Below, piece after piece: positions 11,773-24,000 of a stretch of 64,000 bases of DNA. The notes beneath the pieces were generated by a model. The model saw only the letters and a list, made by a program, of their open reading frames with translations. It was not told the origin of the DNA and ran no database searches. The position numbers were made by a program, and so were the translations under genes. Numbering within the stretch: the first letter of the stretch is position 1; every line of letters begins with the position of its first letter. Source of the stretch: a virus; IMG/VR virus record IMGVR_UViG_3300021256_000065. One strand, written 5' to 3'.

Positions 11773-12264
11773 ATGAAAATACTATCATTAGATTTATCTA
11801 CTAAATCATCTGGTTGGTGCATAGGATAGGATGGAAAATTTGAAAAATCTGGATGCGTTGCGGCGGCCTCTAAAAATGTAAATGCACGAATTATTAAAAT
11901 TCGTGATGAAATATCTAAAATAATTAAAGAAAATAATATAGATAAAATTGTTATGTAGTAGGTGCGGCCTGAGTACAATTCTCATACTAATAAAGTATTA
12001 ATGTGGTTACAGGCTGCGATTGTTCTCGCCGCTTATGAAATTAATCCAAAAATTTAGTGTGAATTTATTGGAGCTACAGAATGGCGGGCCGCATTAAAAA
12101 TAAAACAGGGACGCGGCATAAAGAGAGAAATGCTCAAACCGCAAGATATAAAATACGTAGAAGATAAATACTCAATTAAAGTCCAAAATGATGACTAGGC
12201 TGATGCAATTTGTATATTTGACGCCTATTGGGAAAAGAATGATAATGAAATTAATTGGGAATAA
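11773..12264 (+). CDS. ruvC: RuvC-like Holliday junction resolvase with 5 in-frame TAG codons.
   Basis: N-terminus MKILSLDLSTKSSGW resembles the RuvC ILGIDPG box. C-terminal DD-TAG-ADAICIF resembles the RuvC DAADALAIA box. Tandem TAG-TAG sits in IVM**VRPEY, aligning with the catalytic IEQ region of E. coli RuvC. Preceded by a consensus TTGACA-17-TATAAT promoter and a GAAAGGAGA RBS. TAA at 12262-12264. Confidence 0.6.
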
Positions 12265-12265
12265 A

Positions 12266-12302
12266 AAAAATGGGTAATGATTATTAATCATTACCCATTT
12301 AT
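12266..12302. terminator. Bidirectional intrinsic terminator between convergent genes.
   Basis: AATGGGTAATGAT…ATCATTACCCATT, a perfect 12-13 bp stem, flanked by A-run and T-run. Confidence 0.6.
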
Positions 12303-12306
12303 TATT

Positions 12307-12720
12307 TTATTCTTTATTACATAAAATAGATTGTAATTGCATTATTTCTCTTGGTGTGAGGATATCATATTTATCATCACTGTAATCAAATATAGAAATA
12401 TCATCTAGTGTAGATAATTTAATTTCTACTTCTATATTTAATAATTCATTAATTTCTGCAATATAATCACTCATATGTTCATCATCAACTTGGGGGATTC
12501 CTGTTGCAGTATAAATATATTCACCTTTGTCATTTTTAATAATAAAATCTTTGTAAGTTTCAATAATTTTATTCAACATTTTGGTATAACAATCTACATC
12601 ACCTTGAATATTTAATGCATTTTTAACAATTAAATATGAGATTTTTTGTGGTAATTTTTTTGTAGAATATTTATTTAATATTTGCATCATGCTAAGTAAT
12701 TCTATATTTTTAATTTTCAT
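12307..12720 (-). CDS. Hypothetical protein.
   Basis: ATG at 12718-12720 after AGAGGA. TAA at 12307-12309. No TAG. Ends at a bidirectional terminator. Confidence 0.4.
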   Translation of the reverse strand: MKIKNIELLSMMQILNKYSTKKLPQKISYLIVKNALNIQGDVDCYTKMLNKIIETYKDFIIKNDKGEYIYTATGIPQVDDEHMSDYIAEINELLNIEVEIKLSTLDDISIFDYSDDKYDILTPREIMQLQSILCNKE

Positions 12721-15700
12721 ATACAATATCCTCTAATTCTTTTATTCTTTTTTGTTGTTTTTGTAATACTGCAATAATAGGAGCAATAAATTGATCATAT
12801 GACAAACCCCATGATAATAAATTATCATCAACCTATTCACCAAAATAAGGTTCAACTTCTTCATCAGGATCATTACTTTTATAACTTGCAGCTACTACTG
12901 ATAAATTTTGATTTAAATTTTTACACACTTTTGCAACATCTTGTGCAATAAATCCCATACGAGTTCTTCGATGATCTCCCTTTTTCCACATAAAAGAAAT
13001 TGGCTATAAAGACATTATAAAATCTTCTGCAAAATCAATCTATCCTAAAATATCTTTTAATTTTCTATCTGAGGATGTATCTACATTTAAACAAAAAACA
13101 TTATTAAATCTATAACCGTCCTGAGTATCTCTTCCTAAATCTACTACTGCTGTATCATGTGTAGGGACTAATCGTGGACTTTGTCCAGATATTCTAATTT
13201 TAGTTTTTTGTGTATTAAATTCTATATGACCAGAGTATTTATCAGGTTTGTTCATTACTCCAGTACTTAATCTTACATCTCCATATGCATCCTATATTTC
13301 AATATCATGTTCCGTTTGATCGTCATTATATCCAACATATAAATTTAATCCTAAATAACTAGTTAGCTGAGTAGCGCCACCAGATCCTTTTAAATTTAAA
13401 CTACTCTTTGGTGTATATAATTGAATATTACCTGTTGAAGGACGTCCTGGCGAATCAGAACCAACCATTACATCCAAATTACCATTTACCCATATCGTTG
13501 AAGACTGATCGCAAAACATCCCCCATTTATGGCTAGAAAAACTCCAAGGAGTTGAATTAGAATAATCAAGTGTGGGAGGCACATATCCAAGATAAATTCC
13601 TTGTGTGCTACTTGACGTAGAGGTTTGATCATTTCTTATTCCTATGTAAGATCCATGATTTGTAATTGCATAAAATGAATTTTTATATAAATCTGGTGTA
13701 CTAGAAACATACAATTTATCAGGTCTTATTTCAACTAAAGAGCCATATGTTAATCCTCCATATGATTGAGGTGGAGTCGTAGTTAAATCTGGATTTGGAT
13801 TATAATCTTCAAAACTAAAACCACCTATATGACCAGTGCCATCTGCATTAAGAGAAAAAGCATTATTACTTGACTTTATTCCATTATTTAATAAATCTAA
13901 TCCACCAATTTTACCTGCAGAAGCATAAATAGTTCCATATATAATTGCATTACTAGCAGTTAATAATCCATTACTAGAAACAACAAAAGTGGTTAATGAA
14001 GAATCTTCTTCCCAATATGTAGTATTTGGCGGCTTGTTACTTTGCGCAGAAGTATGCGCTAAAATACATTTATAAATTTTTCCATTGTCACGAACAATAT
14101 CATCTATAGCATATATGGCATCTTCCTACCAAAGCGGCAATGGCCCACCAACCACGCCATTTTCTTTAATGTACCCGCTCAGTTCATTTTGTAAGCCATC
14201 AACTTTTTCAATAGGAATAGTTGCATTATTTCCCAAATTTAAAGTAGTTGCAGTAATAACACCAGATATATTTGCTTCTTCGGCATGTAATATTCCTTGT
14301 GAATTAACTGAGAACTTACCATTTCCAAATCTGATTTCAGGAGCAGTTAAATTAATTAATAATCCAGCTCCAGCCTATCCTGATGATGTATAATCAATAG
14401 GTAATCCATCCTATCCATAATTAGTAGATTCCCAAAAATTATGACTATAAATCATAGCTTTTTGTGCGATTGGATCTATAATAATTTGACCATTATCTGC
14501 TTTACCAAAAATAGCAGAGCCATTCTAACTATTTAAAAAGAATGTGCGGGCGCCACTATTATACCCAAATAAACCAGACTATGGCTCGCTTTTATCTGGA
14601 GACCGTACCTATCCCATAAGCACGCCAGTAAAACTATTATCATTTTCTTTCCGTCCTGCGCCGACCTGTGGACTAAGAATAAAACCGCCTTCATCATCAA
14701 TTTGAACACTATTGCCATCCCATTCATTTATATGAGATAAGCCATATTTATTTAATAAAAAATGAATAGGAACATTTATTTTACCAATTATTACATTATT
14801 CTGTTTATATATACAACAAACTGCATTATTAACACATAATCCATTATATTTTGATTTTGGACGAATTATACATTGATTTTTTTCATATCCATTATTTGGA
14901 AGAATCTCTAATAAAAGAGAATTAATTGCCGCTCCATCTTTAGATAAATAATTTCCAATAACAGATGGTTCATAAGAAATTGCATGGATACCAGAAACCA
15001 GTGAAATATCTTCCCAAGTGTTATCAATAGATTCTTCACAAATAAATTCAAAAGGACTGGCATCGTCATACTGCGGTGAAATACCATCTGAAGTATATAT
15101 TACATACCTAAATCCAGTATAATCTTTTAATTTTACTCTATATTTTTCATCACTAGTCCAAGCTGTTACTATAGGAATTGTACCATAATAAGTTTTGCTT
15201 TCCCAATCAATACTACATTTAATAATATTTGCTAAAGGTGTATTTAAATTAGAATCTAAATGATCTCCAGTATATTTAATTTGCCCATTATTTGCATTTA
15301 CTATTTCAAAAGCAGATGCATCAGAGTATGTATTATTATATTTATTTTTTAACACACTCCAAATGACACTTGAAGGCTGGGTTAAATTGTCTTGAGCAGT
15401 ATCTGTCATAGAATTACCTTCCCATACCAATTCTCCACTATGCCATAATTGTGCCTTAAAAAATTTATAACTATTATTAATAAGAAGTTCAGTTTCTGCG
15501 GCGGAAGTTCCTAATCCATAGTTTAAAATATACTTATTTCCAGCTTTAGTAATCATTGGAGCCAATGGAGGAACGCTCATTGTTGTATTTGGAACTAATT
15601 TTACTATATATTCAGTTCCATTTGTACCAGGCTCTCCCTGCTTAGCAAAAGTAAAGTTGGTTTCCGCAGATAAACTTAACCCTTTATATCTTACTGTTAA

Positions 15701-17755
15701 TTTTATTTGATTTTTTTGTTTTTGAATATAATATCTTTGTGAAATATTATAAAACAAAGTTGGTTTATCATCATAATATCTATAATTTTCATCTTCATCA
15801 AAGTCTAATCCATTTTCCTATGAATCGACTAACATAGTATTTGTTTTAGGAAATTCCCATTTAATTCTGCAATTATTTATATTTTCCAAAATATCTTCCT
15901 AAATAGGCTGACCTAAATTGTCATATATTGCAAAACTAAGCGGCAAAATTTCTTGCGGCGAGTCCAGACTCTTACTATTTGGAGCAACGCCATTTTCATT
16001 ATATTGAAAAACTTGTGTACCATTATTAATAACAAGAGAATAAAGATCTTCTCCACTTAAAGTATTTTCTAAAGTTATTGATGGAGTACCTAATAAAATA
16101 CCATTCTCATTAACGACAGTACATTTAAAGGTTCTACTATCTGTAATATCATTGATTTGTACATTATAGATTTTATTGCCTTCTACTCTTTGAATAGAAT
16201 TAAAAGCTTTAACATTATTCTATAATGTAGTTAAATTCTCTTTCTACGCATTTTCAAACTTAGTTCCTGAAGCAATCGCATCCTAAAGATTCGTTAATGC
16301 AGTAACCGCTGCAGTATATGCAGTATTTTCTGATGTAGTTTCTGGCAATTCTTCAAGCACCTAATTGTCAGATACATACGCCCAATAGTAATGATAGTTC
16401 TGAGGCTATGTTCCATTAACCTTACAAGTTAAAGTTGGATGTCCAATGTCATAATAAAATTTTGTACCATTACTTGATTCTATTGTCAACTATGGTGTTT
16501 CTGCACATAAATTCTTAATATTAACCTATTTAGATGCGGTGTTTCCATTATAAACAACTACAACTTTAATTTTATTGTCACTTACGGTTGCCGCGGTGAA
16601 ACTCATTTTATATATATTCCCCGCAGGTACCCATTCTATAATAGCATTAGGATCATTAGGAACAGTAGGATCGGCATCAATAATATTACTTTGATTTAAA
16701 CACTACCAACCTCTCCCTAAATGTTTATTATAATATCTATTATTAGCCATGACTTGATTATTTTCTCTTCCCCAATAGAAAGAGAAATTTTTATCAATCG
16801 CTACTTCTTTTCCTTTAATTCTAACTTTTGCGGTAATTGTTTTATAATCAGCTGTTGTAGAATCATCTTTAAAAATAAGCCCTTCTGGGACAGAAAGAGA
16901 AATAGAAAGTCCATTTAATTCAGATTCAGATAATTTTGAAGTTCCAAAAAACTTCAAATTAGTAATTTCTATATCCCCTGTTTCTAATCGTCTATCTGTA
17001 ATAACTCCATTAGCACCAGGGAATTCCTTATTGAAAATCTCTATAGACTCAATACGAATAAAATTCTATCCATCGATTTTAAAATATTGTGATTGTTCTG
17101 TCCCATATGCCAATCTATATGGGTTATCTTTCATGTTATCTTCATTGATTGTATATGAACGAATAACCTCTTGGTTAGAAGTATTATCTAAAAATCTTAA
17201 ATTATAAGTGATACCATAATGACCTCTAGTCTGTCTTTCAGGCGCGATAGAGGTTTTAAAGGTTGCGGCAACCTTAATAGAAGAAGATCGTCTTATATAA
17301 TAAGCTAAGGCCAGATCATCTAATGAAATATCACTAGGTTCTCCATATTGATAAATTGTATATTTATAATCTCTATTTAATGTATTTAAATAAAATTTGT
17401 CAATATCATTAACATTAATGCAATTAGTACCATTAATATCATAAACTGCCTAATTGTCTAACTAACTAATATAACTTACCCCAGACCGCGTAGTTGAACC
17501 TAAGATAGTCTTATCTTTTGACATATCATTGCCTGGAACAAGAATATTAACATAAGAGCCATTAGTATATGTTGTATCTATATTATTAGAATAAGCATAT
17601 ATAATAGCATCTTGATAGCGGCATCTATATTTTCCGATAGACGCGTCCTCACATGAAATAATCTGCGCTTGGATTGTTGTATTATAATTAGCTTTTTCTA
17701 CTTTTGAATTTGCTAATAATTCAATAGCATCCAAAATCGTCTAATTTACATTCAT
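12710..17755 (-). CDS. Tail fibre protein (~1680 codons) with a C-terminal intramolecular chaperone / peptidase S74 auto-processing domain. About 25 in-frame TAG codons.
   Basis: ATG at 17753-17755 after AAGGAGGAAATTATAC. Fragments 17462..17734, 16703..16957, 14609..15757, 13292..13714 and 13040..13255 are all in one frame and all end in TAG. I hand-translated 13715-14608 and 12710-13040 and found only TAG. Stop is TAA at 12710-12712. The C-terminus TSSDRKLKDILG*IDFAEDF...MGFIAQDVAKV...LSYDQFIAPIIAVLQKQQKRIKELEDI matches the endosialidase-type chaperone domain (SDxxLKxNI ... GxIAQE ... coiled-coil tail). Confidence 0.65.
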
Positions 17756-17834
17756 GTATAATTTCCTCCTTATATCTCTAATATAAAAATAAATTTATAT
17801 TATATTAATAGTATAACATATTTTTTTCATTTTT

Positions 17835-18011
17835 TCAACTCTACTATTTCAATATTCTTCTTTTTTCTTCCTAAATACTTTTATAATTATATCTTGTAAT
17901 TTCAAAAAAATCTTTTTCGGTTATTTCTTTTGACTATACCAATTTTGATAATTCTTCTAATCCATATACACCTGTATCCCATTTATATTGTAATATTGTT
18001 AAATTTTCCAT
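17835..18011 (-). CDS. XkdX-like small phage protein.
   Basis: MENLTILQYKWDTGVYGLEELSKLV*SKEITEKDFFEITRYNY fits the XkdX pattern (LVxxGxITxExYxEIT). Contains TAGs including a TAG-TAG pair near the end. TGA at 17835-17837. Confidence 0.4.
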
Positions 18012-18034
18012 ATTTTGCCTTTCTTAATATAATA

Positions 18035-18058
18035 TAAAGAGGGAATAACCCCTCTTTA
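18035..18058 (-). terminator. Intrinsic terminator after the tape measure gene.
   Basis: AGAGGG-AATAA-CCCTCT hairpin with a T-rich tail on the minus strand. Confidence 0.4.
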
Positions 18059-18060
18059 TA

Positions 18061-21000
18061 TTAATTTCTTAATGCTCTTTGAATTGCCATATTCGCAAGT
18101 TCATAGAATGCATCTTCAATTTCTTTTCTAGTATTAACATTTGGAAATACTGCTTCAATATTCACAGTTTGTTCAATACTTTCACCATTAGTATTATCAA
18201 ATAAATTACTAAAACCGCCTTTGATATTATTTGCTCTTGAGTATAAAGAACCTTCTAATGAAGTCTTTAATTCCTCTAAGATAATAGCCATAGTGCTAAC
18301 TCGCTCATTTAATCTATTTATTCGTTCATCACTTGATAATGAATCCATTGTAGCATCTTCAAAGATTTGCATCATTCCAGATAATTGTGAACCATACACT
18401 GTACTATCGGCTTGATCTAATCCATTAAGAACCTGATCTTTTGCGGCATCCCAAGTACCAAGTCCAATAGATTTATCATCTATTTTATTAAAATCATTTG
18501 TATCATTTGCGGATTTCAGATTTGTTTGCTGAAGGAGATCATGTATAGTACCACTTGTAATCATTGCATTTTTAGTAACTTCTTTATAAGCTTCTGCAAG
18601 AGAATGAATATAATCTCTTAAACTAGCAACTTTTGTCATTTCTTTATCCATGTTTGTCATAAGAGCATCATTAGCAGTAATTAATTTACTAGTCTATTCA
18701 GCTAAAGCACTAACACCTTCTTTTGTTTTTTCAAAATCAGTTCCCGCGCTTTCCGCAGTTTCTTTTACATCATTTTTATATTCTTTAGATGCTTCACCAA
18801 CTTTTTCAAAAGCCTACTGACAAGTTGGAACAAAACCGCCCTCTTTAGTCATAGCATCCATCATTGCCTGAATACCACTATCCCAAGTAGGAACTAAATC
18901 TTTCATTATTAAGTCTTTTTCTTCAATGGATAAATTCTTATAATGTTTTGCATCTTCATTATTAAGTAACGCATAATCTTGTAATGCTGAATCAGTTAAA
19001 TTACCTCTAATAACTTCATTCTAAGCAAGTTTACCATTAATATATTCTGCATACTGCTGTTGTAATAATGCAGCCTATCTAGCTTGATCTTCCTAACTCT
19101 TTGACATATCAGACATAATTGCTTTATACTAAGATTGAAAATCTTTCCAAGCCTGTAATGCATCAGATAAATTAGAATTATATCTTTCTTTATCAAAGTT
19201 ATATAAATCATTATTAAGCTAAGCTAATCTTCGCTGAGTCTATAAAATATCATCATCATCCGCAATATATTCATATGAATAGTTGCCTTGAGAATCTCTC
19301 TTTAATCTCATAGTAGTTTTTGCAGCTTGTGCATCTTCTAATGCAATTCTGGCTTGTTCTAATTCCAACAGCTTCTGAGCACGCTCGACATCATACTCAG
19401 TTAACTTATCTTTATTTTCAAGATTAGTTAATTGTTCATCCATCAATCGTTTTAATGCCTGTTGATTTTTTAAATCTTTAGTATCATTAATAGCCTTATT
19501 AAACTATCCTCTTAAATCTTGAAGCGCAAAAGCAGCATTAATAGTATCATAATACTCGTCTGCATTTTTATTCAACAGATCCCATTCTTTTTCAACAAAA
19601 TCAGAGCCTTTTCCGTCACTAATTCTTCTATCTAACTCATCAAAGATTTTATTAATAGAATTAATGTATTTATCTTGAATAGTTTGAATAGATTGTCCAA
19701 TCATACTATTTAAATTGCCAATAGTCTAACGATAATGTTGTTCAAACTTTTCTGCGGCATTGGTATCTCCTGCGTCAACGGCGGCCTGCCATCTTTCTTT
19801 CCACCACGCCGCCTGTTGCCTTAAGAAATCTATTTGCTTATTAGAATTTTCATTAAGCTAAGTATAATATTTATCCATCGCCTCATAGTTTTGATCACCA
19901 TATAACAATGATAATAAATCCATATCATGAGTTAACAACTATTCTACAAAACCATAATTCTACATTTGTTTATTAAATTGATTATCAATTTCATCAATAG
20001 TTGAAAGATATGCCTAATCAACTTCATCAATAGAAGATAACATCCCTTCTAACTGATCTTGTAATGATGCTAAATCAGTTTTTAAATTTTCTAAGGCTTT
20101 TTCTTTATCCTTACCATAAATGTCAGAACTTTCACCTCTATTAATTTTTTCAATTTCCGCTTGAGTTTTGATTAATTGATTTGTTATTGTTTCAATCGAG
20201 CCTGCTGTATCACCGTTACCAAAATATGAGAAGAAATCTTTACTACTCTTTGCGGCGTCCGCAAATATTTTATCAAAGTTGCTATCTTTAACAACATCAG
20301 CTTTATCTATTACATTACGATAAAAATCATTCCAATCTCTTTGAGCTGCGCTCATATCAAGATGAACATCAATTGTTGTTCTAAATCTCTAAACATTTTT
20401 TTCAATTCTTTCTTGCTCTGCTTCATTAATATCATCTTTTGAGTCTTCAATCGCTTCTCTTAACTCGTCATAATCTTTTATTTTATCTTTTAAATTCTAT
20501 AGACTATCACTAGCTTTATTAATTTGCTTATCAAGTTTCTATAATCTTTCTTTTAATTTATCTTTTTTATTTTTATTTGTTTCTTTATTATATTCTTTAA
20601 CTAATTTATTATATTTATCAGTTTTCTTATTAACCTAATCTTGCTGTTTACCAACTATTTTCATATAATTGGTAATATTACCATAAGCATCAAAAGTTAC
20701 TCCAAGCCCTTTTAATGCTTTTTGCTGAGAAGCTAAATCTTTCTCTTGAAGTTTTAATTTTTCCTCAAGTTTTTTCTTCTGCTCTTCTAACAGTTTTGAT
20801 TGCTATCTTAAATTATCTAAAAGATCTTTACCATATAAATGGTCTTGCTTCTTTTGTGCGCGGTCAAGGTTTCGATTGATTTTTTCAATTTGGATATTTA
20901 TATCATGATAAATATCTCTTTCATCTTCAATCTTCTTTTTCTTATCTTTTTTTCCTTTATCAGGTTTTGCAGTAGATCCTTTACTGCCGCCTTTGCCACC

Positions 21001-24000
21001 TTTACCGCCTCTTCCGCCGCTGCCACCAGAACCAGCACGACGAGCAGAGCCTGCAGAGCCGCCACCATTTGAAGCTTGTTTAAACTTAAAACCGCCGCCA
21101 GAAGATTTATGAGCAGATGTCACTTTTAAAGAAAAAGCAGAATTTTCTTTTGTATCAGTAGTTGTAGTTGTTCTTGGAATATATTCACTATCATAAACAG
21201 TATACTAAATAGGAGCTGTACGAACTTCCATATCCTAACCGCGACCAGAAATAATAGGAACCTAACCTACTCTTGTCTAAGGAATAAGTTCACTATCAAA
21301 TCCAGTGATAGTTTTATTCTAAGTTCCCTGATTTTTTTGCTCAACAACCTCAGCATCAATACCCATAGAAGCCAAATAATCAGTTGCTTGCTCGGCAGTC
21401 ATATGGGCAGCATTTACTAAATCTCCTAATTCTTGTAAAAAATTATCTTGATTTAAATCTGCGCCAATTTCAAGGGTTTGAAAGTTCATAAGATCTAATG
21501 AGTTTTGAACAGTATCTAATGATGACATAAAGTCTTCATACATACCTTCATCCCATTTAATGTGACCAATGATATCCTGCTGCGCGGCAATCATTAATCT
21601 ATCATATGCCTAAGTATCACCATCAATGGCGGCTTTCATATCATTTAAATTATCTGTATTAGATAAAAAGTCTTCTGATAAAGAGCCTCCATCTAAATCA
21701 AGTAAATCAGCATAAGCCTCTCTCATTTCTGACATTGCTTGTACTTGATCTTGGATAGAACCACTTTCTAATGCTTTTGTCCAATTCTTATAACTTTTTA
21801 CAACATTTTGACAAGCATCATCAAATCTTAATATTTCTTCAGAAAGTTTTTCAGCACCTTTTCTATCTGTCTATAAACCATTATGTAATTCTTCTGTTTC
21901 ATCAGCAACGTCTTGAATATGATCTGCCAAATTTTCCCACTAATCAGTATCAACATCTGCATCTAATTTTGTTTCGCTGATTTGCTATTGTAAGGCTAAT
22001 CTTTCTTTTCCTTTTTCTATAAGCTAAGTCTAAATTTGATTTAATTCTTCATCAGCTTCTATCTACGCTTTTTTAGCAGATGCAGCATCTGATTCAGCTT
22101 GCATTACTTCGCCTTGACTAAATTGTCCTTCATTTTCAACTTTAAAATTTGCTTTTGCATAATCCTATTGACTTTGTTTTTTAATCTCTTCTAATTCAGT
22201 TTTTCTATTCTATAACTATTGAATATGTTTTTCATTCTCCGCCAACAATAGTTCTTTTGTTACTTCTAATTCAGACTATTTTGCAGCAATTATTTGATTA
22301 AGAACGTCAAGGTATTCTTTTGAATTTACTCCATTCTAAGCTGCTTCATTTAAAATAGAATATTCTTTCCCAACTGTAAATAAAGCAGACATTTGTTCAT
22401 CGCTTAGCTCTCCACCTTTAGCTAAAGTATCTCTTGCAGATGTTAGTGTAGAAACTTCTTTTTTATCAGTTTGAAAATTATCAAAAGAAGAACTAGTTGA
22501 TGAAGCTCTTTCAACCTATTTTTTAAAATCTTCTGCATTAAAAGTACCATTTTTTAATGCTTCAGAAATTTTATTAATATTATCAATAATCCATTGATAA
22601 TCTGTGTCCACTCCAAGAGAAGCGAATAACTCATTTAAAGTTTGTAAATGTCCTAATGCCTAAGAATCTTTAACAGCGGCTTGCGCATTTTTATAATCTT
22701 TTAATTTATCCTTTGCACTATCTACTGCTTTTTCTAATTTACCAAGATTTTCACTTTCTTTATATAAATTTAAAGCAGCCTATTTAGTCTAATTGGAATT
22801 AAAAGCTAAATTATTTGCTTTTGCAAACTATTCTAATTTATCTTCTGTTAAATTAAGTTGCTTTACTTCCTATCCAAAAATATCATTCCATAAAGCTTGA
22901 TATTCAGCTGGACTAATTTTAGATTTTAACTACTATAATTTTTCAAAACTAGTAGCAAGGATTGATAACCCTTCTGCTCTTTGCATAGAATCAGAAGTTG
23001 TTAAAACTGCGTCTTCAAAATCTTTTAATAATTGTTCAGTATCTTGAAGTTTAGAAGGATCGACCTAACCCTCATATAAATTAGATAATAAATTAGTTTT
23101 TTCTTTATATGATAAATCTTTTCCAGATTGAACTTTTTGAATAGCGGAAGAAACTTTATCAAAATTTTTAATAATATTATTAACATTATTATCTTGAGCG
23201 TCTTGAGCAAGAAAATTTTGAATCCATTGTTTCGCTTCTTCAAGAGTTTTAAACTATGGTTTAAATTTATTAATTTGCTAATTTATTTTATTTAATTGTT
23301 CTTCAGAAAAATTCTAAGTTAACCAATTTTGTAAAAAATTTTTAGCATGAGTATCTGTATATCCAGAAATACCTTCTTCAATAGAATCATTTAAAGTTGA
23401 AGCAATTTCTTTTCCCAAAGAAGTTCCTGCAGTAAAGACTTTAAAAACTTCTCGAACTCCATCTTTAAATACAAAATTTAAATTATCTAATCCATAAATA
23501 GATTTAATTAAATTAATTATCATATCTTTTTGCTCTGGATTATTTAACATCTATTGAATCTATGGATTATTAAGCCAAATATTATTTATAGACTATATAA
23601 TTGCATCTGAAATCTGTTTGACACTTTGATCATTATTAGCAAAAATTTCTTCAATATCTTTAATACTTTCATTTTCAGCACTTTTTATTATCTAACCGCT
23701 TTGGACTAAATTATCATAAATCAATTTAATTTTATCTACCATTGATTGATAAACCTAATCCACAGGGATGTCATCGGTTGAGCTAGTAATAGTATCTATT
23801 AATAACATTAATAAATCTTTTTGATTCCAACCAACTTTAATAAATTCTTCTTGTAAATTATCATATAATTCTCTATTTACATCATCAATGCTAAAAGCTC
23901 TTAAAAGCGCATCGGCATCTTCTTCAGTGTAATAAGTTTTTTCTTCTTGCTTTTTTGTTGCATCATCTAAAGCTTGTTTCTTCTCATCAACTGCTGCTTG

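Noticed and set aside
11712-11978. ORF-track minus-strand ORF 11712..11978.
   Set aside because: It is antisense to the RuvC-like gene. The RuvC-like gene has a consensus promoter, an RBS and recognisable RuvC boxes. The minus ORF has no RBS and no similarity.
1-17000. Plus-strand ORFs in the late region (195..389, 748..936, 933..1202, 3056..3259, 5933..6301, 9083..9454, 9451..9705, 10209..10472, 14085..14393, 16721..16918).
   Set aside because: All are antisense to strongly supported minus-strand structural genes and lack RBSs.
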